Assembly: GCA_963716175.1 (NCBI GenBank)
Contig: OY970296.1
Coordinates: 1,248,001 to 1,312,000, forward strand
DNA length: 64,000 nucleotides
From: an uncultured Armatimonadetes bacterium
GTDB lineage: Bacteria > Armatimonadota > Hebobacteria > Hebobacterales > Hebobacteraceae
Direction of reading: 5' to 3'
The notes under the pieces were generated by a model. The model searched no databases, was not told where the DNA came from, and was given only the letters and a program-made list of their open reading frames with translations. Below, piece by piece: positions 30,974 to 39,746 of the stretch (position 1 is its first letter; the number at the start of each line of letters is the position of its first letter). The position numbers and the translations under genes are program-made.

Positions 30974-32325
30974 ACACCTTCCCGCGTCTGGAGGGCGGCA
31001 GGAATGGGAGCGAGCTCCTCTGGCTCTTCCATCTCCAGTTCGCCTCGCGCCCAGAGCGCCGCCAGGGCCGCCACCACCTGTGGGTAGAACTGGGTGCCGG
31101 CGCAGCGCTCCAGTTCGGTGATGGCCTCCTCCGGGCTGCGCCGACGGTGGTAGGCGCGCTGCGCGGTCATGGCCTCGAAGGCGTCAGCCACACCCAGGAT
31201 CCGGGCCTCCAGAGGGATGGTGTCCCCGTGCTTGCCATTGGGATAGCCCTTGCCGTCCATCCGCTCGTGGTGGGCGCGAACGATGGCCGCCACCCGCCCT
31301 GGAGTATGGGGCAGGAACTCCATCTTCTCCGCCAGCAGGCCGCCCTCCACGGGGTGCTGGCGGATCACCTCCCATTCCTGCTCGGTGGGCTTGCCGGGCT
31401 TGCGCAGAATGGGCTCCCAGTCGCGGCGGACTTTGCCGATGTCGTGGAGCCGCCCGGCCCATTCCAGGATCTCCAAGCGAGGGGCGGAAAGGCCCAGCTC
31501 CCGGCCCAGCAGCACCGCATAGTGCGTCACTCGCTCGGAGTGCCTGCGGGTGTACTCATCATAGGCCTCCAGCGCCTCGGATAGCGCGTAGACTGTCTCG
31601 CGATGCACCTCCAGCATCTCCATCGCCCCCTGAAAGGCGTAGCGGGCCCCCAGCAGGGGAGCCACGAACAGAGCTACCGCGAAGACGCCAAGTCCCTTGG
31701 TCTGGTAGACCATGGCCATCAGCAGGCCGAAGGGGGCCAGCGCCAGGTAACGGGGGGCCAGCCAGCGGAAGCTCACCGCCCAGATGCCGAAGACGGGGCG
31801 GCGCTCCCAGGAGGCCATCCCGATGGCGATCAGCCAGGTGGAGATGACGAAGTAAGCGAGTGCACAGCAGAGCAGCGCCGGCCCGATCTCACCGAACCTC
31901 ACCGGGTGGGTGAGCGAGACATAGGCTCCACCCAGGGCCTGGTAGATCCAGCCGGCGCCAGCGAAGGAGAGCACCACCTGCCCCTGGTTGAACAACTGCC
32001 GCAGGCGCGGGCTCCGCCGGAACTCGATGGCGGCGCTGATCACCCCCACCCAGGCCGCCACTGCAGGCCCGAAGATCAGAAGACAAGCGTAGTCCACGGC
32101 AAAGCCGACCGTCGTGGTGGCCCCGCCGCGCCCTGGCAGGCGCACCGGGTACAGGACCATGAGCACGGTGAGGGCCAAGAAGAAACCGGCCTCCCAGGAC
32201 ACGGAGACCGGCGGATGGGGACTCCAGCCTCGCCACCAGGCTAGGCTCAGCCACGCCAGAAGAACATAGCCTGAGACTCCGACCACGACCATGAACGGCG
32301 AGTGTAGCTTCGATGGCTGCTGCAT
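30970..32325 (-). CDS. Membrane-anchored HD-GYP phosphodiesterase
   Basis: about 7 TM segments, DEYTRRHSERV, LHDIGK, HHERMDGKGYP, VADAFEAM. Confidence 0.9.
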   Translation of the reverse strand: MQQPSKLHSPFMVVVGVSGYVLLAWLSLAWWRGWSPHPPVSVSWEAGFFLALTVLMVLYPVRLPGRGGATTTVGFAVDYACLLIFGPAVAAWVGVISAAIEFRRSPRLRQLFNQGQVVLSFAGAGWIYQALGGAYVSLTHPVRFGEIGPALLCCALAYFVISTWLIAIGMASWERRPVFGIWAVSFRWLAPRYLALAPFGLLMAMVYQTKGLGVFAVALFVAPLLGARYAFQGAMEMLEVHRETVYALSEALEAYDEYTRRHSERVTHYAVLLGRELGLSAPRLEILEWAGRLHDIGKVRRDWEPILRKPGKPTEQEWEVIRQHPVEGGLLAEKMEFLPHTPGRVAAIVRAHHERMDGKGYPNGKHGDTIPLEARILGVADAFEAMTAQRAYHRRRSPEEAITELERCAGTQFYPQVVAALAALWARGELEMEEPEELAPIPAALQTREGV

Positions 32326-32404
32326 GGCTGCGACCTCTGCTCTGACGGTTGCCCAGATTAAGCGAGCCGAGGCCGTGTGCTAACAGCTCACGTCATGCGC
32401 TAGC

Positions 32405-32482
32405 TTACGGCCAACCAACACGAGCGCCGCCCGCCAACACGAGCGAGAGCAGCGCCAGCACAACCGAGATCCACTTGCCCAC
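32405..32482 (-). CDS. Small 25-aa peptide MGKWISVVLALLSLVLAGGARVGWP (putative signalling-peptide precursor)
   Basis: SD GGAGGTG 5 nt before GTG, TAA stop; n/h-region plus short tail; below the ORF track cutoff. Confidence 0.75.
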   Translation of the reverse strand: MGKWISVVLALLSLVLAGGARVGWP

Positions 32483-32654
32483 AGGAACACCTCCAGGAGC
32501 TAAAGCTCTGTCCGCCTTCCGCTACTTGGCAGACAGGCAACCGCTCCGCTGGGTGCTCACATCTTCCGTGGCCCCGGCTCGCGTCCGCTCAGTTGTCACA
32601 CCCGATTGCTCTCCGTCTTCTCCTTTGACCGGAAGCGCCCGGCGCGCGCCGGAT

Positions 32655-33323
32655 CTAGGCAGAGAGCGCCGGCAGGCGTCGGTTCAGCGCGTCCAGCACG
32701 GCCAGCGCCGCCGCCCTCCAGGGATCATCTCGCACTAGCGCCGACCCCAGCAACTCCTCTTCCTGCCTGCGCCCCAGCACGCGCACGGTGGCCATGACAC
32801 AGGGCCGGCCGTTCACCTGGGATCGGGTGAAGTCGCGCAGCTCCAGGCCGGGGATGGCATCGAGGCTGGTGGCGCGCAAGAACTCCTCCACCGCCGCCAG
32901 GCTGGCCCGGGCAACTAGCTGCTCCTGGTCGAGCTGGGAGCCGACGGGCATGGAGGCGGCGCCGGTGTAGCTGTCATCACCGCGGCCCACCGAGACTCGC
33001 GCCCGCGCGGTGGTGCGGTCAATGGAGTAATCAATGCTTAGGAACTTGAGACGAGCTTCCACCACCGGTTCGGCTGGGTTTGAGCCCCGGACCTGGGCGA
33101 TGCTGATCTTGCGGTGGTCTACCCGGGTCCCGAGGTCGGAGAAGAGAGCGGATTCGATATCACGTCCCAACTGCTTGGGATGCCGACTCTGGTCGGCGAC
33201 CACGTGGATCTCGATGATATCACCGCGGTTATCGGTCACCACCCGCGCCGACAGCACGCCCCGCAGGCGTGTGATGGTAGCCTCCGCATCCGCAACGGCA
33301 GCCCGATTCTGCAGGTCACCCAT
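32655..33323 (-). CDS. Hypothetical protein with LeuA allosteric-domain-like C-terminus
   Basis: GVLSARVV..EIHVVA..PKQLGRDIESAL; C-terminal DPWRAAALAVLDALNR; SD GGAGG. Confidence 0.7.
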   Translation of the reverse strand: MGDLQNRAAVADAEATITRLRGVLSARVVTDNRGDIIEIHVVADQSRHPKQLGRDIESALFSDLGTRVDHRKISIAQVRGSNPAEPVVEARLKFLSIDYSIDRTTARARVSVGRGDDSYTGAASMPVGSQLDQEQLVARASLAAVEEFLRATSLDAIPGLELRDFTRSQVNGRPCVMATVRVLGRRQEEELLGSALVRDDPWRAAALAVLDALNRRLPALSA

Positions 33324-33454
33324 GTGGCCAAGCCCTCCCTTAGCCGCGAGTCTGGGCCTACCCGACGCGAAACCGGATGCGTCCCGCAGGGGGCGACGGG
33401 CGTCATCACAGCTCAAGCTAGCAGCACGCAGGCTTTCCAGCCCGACCAACCGCG

Positions 33455-33483
33455 ATGATAGCAGGGACCGGGACGGGTGTCAA
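33455..33483 (-). promoter_or_regulatory. sigma70 promoter of the peptide/HD-GYP operon
   Basis: minus strand TTGACA-17 bp-(TGC)TATCAT. Confidence 0.75.
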
Positions 33484-33612
33484 GGACCGCTTGACCCCGC
33501 TGGCGGACAGCAAGGGTTTGGTGGGGCGCTGACCAGGCGGCTTGGGGCAAGCAGATCACGGGGGCGGGAAGAGGCCGGGCGCCGAGCCGTCAGGCCGGGT
33601 CGGCAGCCAGCC

Positions 33613-33641
33613 TTGACAGTCACCTGGCCGAATGCTATCCT
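33613..33641 (+). promoter_or_regulatory. Divergent sigma70 promoter
   Basis: TTGACA-17 bp-(TGC)TATCCT. Confidence 0.7.
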
Positions 33642-33659
33642 CCGCCCCACCATGAGTGC

Positions 33660-33748
33660 GATCAGCAGGCACCAGTTTGGTCTGACAGTCAGGGCCCGAC
33701 TCATGTCCGGGTGCGAACTCGCGTGCCCGCAACTGGTGCCTGCTGATC
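33660..33748. repeat. Perfect 18-bp inverted repeat enclosing 53 nt
   Basis: gatcagcaggcaccagtt / aactggtgcctgctgatc. Confidence 0.85.
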
Positions 33749-33829
33749 CGCCACCATAGTTTCCCAGCCTAGAGAGCCGATCAGGCGAGACCGCAGGCAG
33801 CTTTGGCAGGCCTGCGGTCTCTGGTTTCT

Positions 33830-33853
33830 GGGCAGGTCGCGGACCTGCCCTAC
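33830..33853 (-). repeat. GTAG-REP hairpin
   Basis: gggcaggtcgcggacctgccctac. Confidence 0.8.
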
Positions 33854-33871
33854 TGGGAAGGAGGAAAGCTG

Positions 33872-34879
33872 ATGAGCGAGGCGCGAGTGCGGTTGAGGCC
33901 GATCACGGAGGCCGATCTGCCGGACTACGTGGTGTGGCTGAACGACCCGGAGGTGACGCAGTTCATGGCCGCGGAGGCTGGGAACTACACGCTCGAGAGA
34001 GAGCGGGAGTGGCTCGCGCGCATCTCTGACCCCGAGTGCCGTGAGCGCCACTGGGCTATCGAACTGGATGGGCGGCATATCGGCAACTGCGCGCTGATGC
34101 CTGACTCGGCCGGGCAGACCGCCGGGTTCGGGATCATGATCGGTGATAAGAGGGCCTGGAACAAGGGCTACGGCACGGCGGCCCTGCAGCAGGTGCTGCG
34201 GATCGGGTTCCAGGAGATGGGGCTGCACCGGATTCACCTGGAGGCCTTCAGCGGCAACGCCCGCGGCATCCGCTGCTATCAGAAGTGCGGATTCCGGCAT
34301 GAGGGAGTGGCGCGCAAAGCGCGGCTCAAGCGGGGCGAGTGGGTGAATGTGGTGAGGATGGCGATGCTGCGCGAGGAATGGGAGGCCTGTAGGGCGGGCG
34401 TTCCCACGCCCGCCGGGGCGGGGTTCGGTGACCCCGCCCTACAGCAGATCGCAATCCGCAGCTACCGCGGGGCTGACTATGAGCAGGCAATCGCTTTGTG
34501 GGAGGCGGTAGGCTTCAACGTGAGAGGGAGGGGCGATAGCAGAGAGGCGATTCAGTACAAGCTGGCCAACGACCGCGGGCCGTTTCTGGTGGCCGAGATG
34601 AGCGGACACGTGGTAGGCACGGCGATGGCAAGCTGGGACGGGCGGTGGGCCTGGGTGTATCGGCTAGCGATAGACTCGGATCACCGGTGCAGAGGGATCG
34701 GTCGCCGGTTGATGGTGGAGGTGGAGCGCCGACTGGCCGCACTCGGCACGCAGCGCATCCACCTGGTCACGGGAGAGGAGAACGGTGTCGCCAGGGCGTT
34801 CTATGAGAGTCTGGGCTATCAGCCGGGGGACGACCTGGTGGTGATGCGGAAGACCCTGCCTGTGGGCGCAAGCAGGTAG
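33872..34879 (+). CDS. Tandem GNAT acetyltransferase (RimJ/RimL-like + RimI-like)
   Basis: WNKGYG..N.RGIRCYQKCGF and HRCRGIG..N.VARAFYESLGY; SD AAGGAGG. Confidence 0.9.
   Translation: MSEARVRLRPITEADLPDYVVWLNDPEVTQFMAAEAGNYTLEREREWLARISDPECRERHWAIELDGRHIGNCALMPDSAGQTAGFGIMIGDKRAWNKGYGTAALQQVLRIGFQEMGLHRIHLEAFSGNARGIRCYQKCGFRHEGVARKARLKRGEWVNVVRMAMLREEWEACRAGVPTPAGAGFGDPALQQIAIRSYRGADYEQAIALWEAVGFNVRGRGDSREAIQYKLANDRGPFLVAEMSGHVVGTAMASWDGRWAWVYRLAIDSDHRCRGIGRRLMVEVERRLAALGTQRIHLVTGEENGVARAFYESLGYQPGDDLVVMRKTLPVGASR
34389..34442. repeat. Inverted GTAG-REP doublet (54 bp) in frame in the GNAT linker
   Basis: gtagggcgggcgttcccacgcccgcc + ggggcggggttcggtgaccccgccctac. Confidence 0.85.
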
Positions 34880-36513
34880 AACGCGGTGTCGCCGGCGCGG
34901 GCGGGCTGCCACCGGGATCGGTAGATGTGCCAAAGGTCGGAGACGGCAGCGATCTGCTGGCCGTAGCGCTGCAGGGTGATGGGGTCGAACTGGACCGCCT
35001 CCTGGAGGATGAAGACGCGGGCTTTCTGGGCGAGGGTGCGATCAATGGCCTGGCGCACCCGCTGCACGTAAGCCTGAGGATTGCCGGCCTCGCCATAGGC
35101 AGCAGTGAGGCTCAACACCCTGGCCCTGGTGAACCGCCTGACATACCCCGCCAGGATCCACTCGCGATCTATGATGATCAGGTCCCTGGGCCCGGCCAAG
35201 GCGGCGAGGGGCTCGACCTTGTGATAGTAGTAGTCGGTCTGCGGCGTCACCAGGAAGGTGATGCTGCCCAGGAGGTTCACCAGGAAGAGCAGCGCGGCCG
35301 GAACTGAGAGCGCGAGCAGAGTGCGCGTCCGCGACTGCTCTCCAGCGGTCACAAGCGCAATGAAGAGCAACCAGCAGCAGACAGACTGGGGGATCCAGAA
35401 CTCCAGGTTGGAGGGCTCCCAGAAGAAAAAGAAGGCGCTGTAGATCGCCAGCCAGGCGAGGGTGAGGGGCACCAGGCCGTGGGGCTCTCGCCAGAGCAGT
35501 CGCAGGTTGCGCAGTCGGGAGGCGAAGAGCCAGACCAGAATGACCCCCAGGAGGAGCGAGAGCGCGAGCAGGGCCAAGGCCGTCCTCGCCGAGAGGGAGT
35601 GTGTGACGAAGGCATCGTCCATCAGCCAGTGGCCGGCCAGCACCCGCTCCAGCGACGCTTTCGCCACCGGAATCGCCCACATGAAATGGAAACCGATGAT
35701 AGCGTGGCCGACACCGATCAGAGCCTTCACCAGGGTGGAGAGGGCAAGCCGCTGCCAGAGATCGGATTGGTGGGCATAGAGCGTGAGCCAGTACCAGGCC
35801 TGTGCCGAGGTGCGGAGATGTAAGACGACAAGCATGACCAGAGTGTAGGGCAGTACTACCAGGGGCAGGAAGACCAGGGCATAGGCGGCCCCTGCCCGCC
35901 AGGGCGAGGGCACCTGGCGGCGCCGAATCAGCAGGGCGAGCAGCACCACCGGGAGGAAGAGCAGGTGGGCCTGATGGAAGAGCACGGCCAGGCCCGTGGT
36001 GAGGCCCACCGCGGCGCATCGCCTGCTATCGAGGCGGTCGCCCGTGAGCAGATAGAGCGAGAGCAGGAGGAAGAAGAGGGGGATGACGTAAACCTCAACG
36101 CAGTCGCTGTAGAACCAGAGGCCGAACGAGAACGCGGGCAGGGCAGTGGCGAGTAGGGAGGCGCTGATGTTCAGCCGCAGGCGCGCCCGGAGCAGCAGGT
36201 AGAAGACGCAAAGGGTGAGCGCGCCGAACACGGAGTTGAGGAGAGAGACGATCACCGCGCTGTCCGCTCTGACGCCGAGAGCGCGCCAGAGGTCCAGCCA
36301 GATTGCAGCAGAGGCGTTGTAGAGCAGGTGGTGGGGGTGGAAGAGGTCGACGCGAGCGTCAATGGCGTTGATGTAGGCGATGCTGTCATGGGAGGCCGAG
36401 AGGTTGCGCGAGACGGTGGAGGCGTACAAGGCGAGTGACAGGAAGAACGGGAGCAACAGCTCGCGAATCGTAGGCAGCGGGGCTCTCGCGGAGGATGTAG
36501 CTTGCGCCTGCAT
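34819..36513 (-). CDS. Polytopic membrane protein, GT-C/DUF2723-like glycosyltransferase
   Basis: HDSIAY..HPHHLLY, VEVY, GLAVLFHQ; many TM segments. Confidence 0.65.
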   Translation of the reverse strand: MQAQATSSARAPLPTIRELLLPFFLSLALYASTVSRNLSASHDSIAYINAIDARVDLFHPHHLLYNASAAIWLDLWRALGVRADSAVIVSLLNSVFGALTLCVFYLLLRARLRLNISASLLATALPAFSFGLWFYSDCVEVYVIPLFFLLLSLYLLTGDRLDSRRCAAVGLTTGLAVLFHQAHLLFLPVVLLALLIRRRQVPSPWRAGAAYALVFLPLVVLPYTLVMLVVLHLRTSAQAWYWLTLYAHQSDLWQRLALSTLVKALIGVGHAIIGFHFMWAIPVAKASLERVLAGHWLMDDAFVTHSLSARTALALLALSLLLGVILVWLFASRLRNLRLLWREPHGLVPLTLAWLAIYSAFFFFWEPSNLEFWIPQSVCCWLLFIALVTAGEQSRTRTLLALSVPAALLFLVNLLGSITFLVTPQTDYYYHKVEPLAALAGPRDLIIIDREWILAGYVRRFTRARVLSLTAAYGEAGNPQAYVQRVRQAIDRTLAQKARVFILQEAVQFDPITLQRYGQQIAAVSDLWHIYRSRWQPARAGDTAFYLLAPTGRVFRITTRSSPG

Positions 36514-36639
36514 GGTGCGATGTGGGGCGCGGCCCGGCCGTCTGCGACAGCCACCAGCGGGCTTGCTCCGAACCCCGGCCCCTTAGGAGTAGTTCGGCGG
36601 TGGGCGCGCCTCCCCTGCTGGGTCGGCGCGCAGCGGTGC

Positions 36640-36665
36640 GGGCAGGAGCCAAGCTCCTGCCCAAC
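36640..36665 (-). repeat. GTTG-REP hairpin
   Basis: gggcaggagccaagctcctgcccaac; relatives at 1448, 49713 and 50626. Confidence 0.75.
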
Positions 36666-36706
36666 AAGCAGGTCAAGGTGTACGATGCGAAAGGTGAGAA
36701 GCGCCG

Positions 36707-37498
36707 ATGAGGCCCGACCTCACGCGTTACGAGGACCCCTGGACGGCCGAGGTTTATGACTACGAGGTAGGAGCATCCTGGGGCGAGCGGGATGTTGAGT
36801 TCTACCTGGGCCTGGGGCAGCAGAGCGCCGGGCCTGTGCTCGAGCTGGCCTGCGGGACCGGCCGGGTGGCGCTGCCTCTGGCCCGGGCTGGGGTGAAGAC
36901 AACCGGCCTGGATATCTCGCCGCACATGCTGGCGGCAGCGGAGCGCAAGGCGGCAGCGGAGGAGCCCGACGTTCGGGGCCGCCTTCGGCTGGTTCAGGGG
37001 GATATGAGCGCATTCGAATTGGGCCGGCGCTTCGGCCTCATCATCGTCCCCTTTCGCGCGTTCCAGGCATTGCTGGAGCGGGAGCAGCAGCGGGGGTGCT
37101 TGGTGTGCTGCGCGCGCCATCTGCATCCAGACGGGAGGCTGGTGATCAACGTGTTCAACCCGCTGCTGAGCCGCCTGGCGACGAAGGGCGAAGTGGAGGA
37201 GGAGCCGGATGAGTTTCCGGGGCCGGAGGGGGTGATGGTGCGCTGGAGCGCGCACACCAGCTACGACACGGCCGGGCAGAGACTGATCTCGCGCCAGCGC
37301 TACCAGTGCGCGGCGGCCGACGGCCAGGTCCAGGTGCGCGAGCACGTGCTGGAGCTGCGCTACATATTCCGGTTCGAGATGGAGTGGATGCTGGAGGCCT
37401 GCGGGTTCGCGGTGGAGGATCTCTATGGCAACTTCGATCGCAGCGCGTTCGCAGCCGACAGCCCAGAGATGATCTTCGTGGCGAGGAAGATGAGGTGA
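36707..37498 (+). CDS. Class I SAM-dependent methyltransferase
   Basis: VLELACGTGR, GLDISPHML, QGDM. Confidence 0.92.
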   Translation: MRPDLTRYEDPWTAEVYDYEVGASWGERDVEFYLGLGQQSAGPVLELACGTGRVALPLARAGVKTTGLDISPHMLAAAERKAAAEEPDVRGRLRLVQGDMSAFELGRRFGLIIVPFRAFQALLEREQQRGCLVCCARHLHPDGRLVINVFNPLLSRLATKGEVEEEPDEFPGPEGVMVRWSAHTSYDTAGQRLISRQRYQCAAADGQVQVREHVLELRYIFRFEMEWMLEACGFAVEDLYGNFDRSAFAADSPEMIFVARKMR

Positions 37499-38925
37499 GG
37501 GGGCAGCGCGCCTGCGCTGACCCCGATGGGGCGAAGAGGGACAGCGGGCCGCCATCACCGAAGCAAAACAGCGCCATTCTCATCGCTCTCGCGCTCGTCC
37601 TCTGGGCGCTGTTCTGGCTGTTTGCCCACACTGACCGCTCGCTGGGCATGCGTGGGCGGCAGATGCTGCTGTTCTTCGCCGCGTTCACAGTATTTCTGGT
37701 CGCCGTCCGCATCATCTGGCGAGTGGGAGCCGGGGCATCGGCGCGGCTGGTCTGGTTCATTATTATGGCCGGCATCGTCTTCCGGCTGAGCGTGGCGCCC
37801 GCGCTGCCGGTCACGAGCTCGGATATCTATCGCTATCTCTGGGAAGGACGCGTGGTGCGCGCTGGGTTCAACCCCTTTAGCGACGCACCCGACTCGGAGC
37901 GGCTGGCTCGCCTGCGGAGCTGGCCCTGGGAGTGGGTGGACTTCAAGCAAGTGCCGGCCGCGTACCCTCCCGTGGCGCAGTACGTGTTTGCCGTCAGCGA
38001 CTGGATCTCGGGCGCATTCCCGCCCGCCGGCCGGGTGGTGGCGCTCAAGCTGATGCTGGCCGCCTTCGATATCGGGACCGTGCTGCTGCTCCCGGGACTG
38101 CTGGTGCGGCTGGGCCGGCCTCCGGCCTGGGCGCTGCTCTATGCCTGGCACCCCCTGGTGGTGGGCGACGTGGTCGCGCGCGGGCACCTCGATAGCATCG
38201 GGATCTTCTTCCTGGTGCTGGCGGCGCGCTTGCTGCTGCTCGGCTCCCCGGCCGGCCGTGGTCTGGCGGGCGCGGCGCTGGGCGCGAGCGTGCTGGCCAA
38301 GGGCTACGCGCTGTTAGCGCTGCCGTTCCTGCTGCTGGCAGCGCGGCCGCATCGCGTGAGCTTCGCGGCCGGCCTGCTCGCGCTGACGGCGGCCGCCTAT
38401 CTGCCATTCGCTCGCGCCGGAGCAGCGGTCCTGGGCGGCATCGGCCTCTATAGCCGGTACTGGCAGGGGAACTCCAGTGTCTACTCGGTGGTGCGTCTGG
38501 CTCTCGCCCCCTTGGCGCGGGACCCCGCCCTGGTGGCGCGGTGGATCTGCGTGGCTGGTCTGCTGGCCTGGGTGCTCTTATTGCTGGTACGCTCGACAAG
38601 AGGCGGGGAGGAGCTGGACGCTCTCGATCTCTGCTTTCTTTCGCTTGCCGGGTTCTTCTTGCTGAGCCCCGCGGCCTACCCCTGGTACCTGGCGTGGACT
38701 GTGCCTTTCCTCTGCCTGCGGCCTCGCCCGGCCTGGCTGCTGCTGACCGGGACCATCTTCGGGTTCTACGGCCACGACCTCGCCGGGCACCGGGTCGAGA
38801 TCTGGTGGGTGACTGTTCTCGAGTATTTGATGCCACTGCTGGCGGGTGCCGCCCTGGCGCTCAGCGCCTCCCGCGGCTCGTCGCCGGCCAAGAATTCTCC
38901 CCATTCCGGGCGGTTTATCTGTTGA
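37495..38925 (+). CDS. GT87/DUF2029-like membrane glycosyltransferase
   Basis: SSDIYRYLWEG..G.NPF, YPP.AQ, YAWHPL, GHLD, YPWY. Confidence 0.8.
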   Translation: MRGQRACADPDGAKRDSGPPSPKQNSAILIALALVLWALFWLFAHTDRSLGMRGRQMLLFFAAFTVFLVAVRIIWRVGAGASARLVWFIIMAGIVFRLSVAPALPVTSSDIYRYLWEGRVVRAGFNPFSDAPDSERLARLRSWPWEWVDFKQVPAAYPPVAQYVFAVSDWISGAFPPAGRVVALKLMLAAFDIGTVLLLPGLLVRLGRPPAWALLYAWHPLVVGDVVARGHLDSIGIFFLVLAARLLLLGSPAGRGLAGAALGASVLAKGYALLALPFLLLAARPHRVSFAAGLLALTAAAYLPFARAGAAVLGGIGLYSRYWQGNSSVYSVVRLALAPLARDPALVARWICVAGLLAWVLLLLVRSTRGGEELDALDLCFLSLAGFFLLSPAAYPWYLAWTVPFLCLRPRPAWLLLTGTIFGFYGHDLAGHRVEIWWVTVLEYLMPLLAGAALALSASRGSSPAKNSPHSGRFIC

Positions 38926-38950
38926 CACCGCTTTGATCGAGTGCTATATT
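38922..38950 (+). promoter_or_regulatory. sigma70 promoter overlapping the upstream stop codon
   Basis: TTGACA-17 bp-(TGC)TATATT. Confidence 0.75.
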
Positions 38951-39746
38951 GCCAGGTAACCGGGCGGGGGGGATCGCTGAGCCCATCCGAGAGTCCTGCT
39001 GAGTTCCTGTTACCGCCGGCAAATAGATGCGCGAGGCGGGGATAGTACGGCCGGCTTCGGGCGGGGACCCTCGTTGTTCTCTGCCGCCGTTCTCCCTGGT
39101 AAGACACGAGTGCTGTAGTCATTGAGTACCCGCGCGGCTCCTGGCCTGCAGCAGAGCGTGCTACGCCTGGCCTCGCACTGAGGAAGGTCTGAGTCCGGGT
39201 TTTCGTCACGACAGCAGGCAGCCGCCTTCGGCGGCAGGTAGTCCTCTAGCAGCCACGCAGATTGCACCCATTGCAGCCCCCGGTGATGTGAAAGTCGTTT
39301 GCGGCCCTGGCGGTCGCGTGAGTGAGCGCGAGTCGGGCCAGGGGGGCCGGCCCGAGGGGTTACTGGAAGAGTCACCCACTAGACCAGCCGGCTCCCCGGC
39401 TCGGCTGAACCGGAGGGAGTGACGTCGGGTGCAGTGCACCCGTAAGGGCTGATGACGTACCAGGCCGAGAGGCGACACCGGCGCTGGAGCAGCGGCGCTG
39501 CGTCGGACCTGAGACCCAGCAGAGGAGGTGATGCAGTTGGGATTGGTGGCAGCGAAGGACCGAGGAGCCAGGACGAGCACTTGGAAGGGCCGTCACTGGG
39601 CACCCCCCGGTCCAGCTCTAGTATTGCCACATCTCTCCCCCTAAGTAAACCCCTGTGTGGTTCCACCCAACCCGCGCGTGGTGGCGCGGGGGCACACCCG
39701 GAGGCCTGGAGTCCGGGCAGACGGAGATGAAAAGGAGAGGTAGACA
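38951..39746 (+). other. Long structured 5' leader or ncRNA candidate
   Basis: about 800 nt without a credible long CDS, many hairpins. Confidence 0.5.

Noticed and set aside
33324-33450. c-di-GMP riboswitch in the 5' UTR of the HD-GYP operon
   Set aside because: Only a GGAA-loop hairpin is visible; class I and class II consensus elements were not recognised.
39449-39480. CTGATGA as a hammerhead core or fluoride riboswitch 3' motif
   Set aside because: No GAAA after a stem II and no matching cleavage junction; the fluoride 5' GATGG.GTTC motif is absent.
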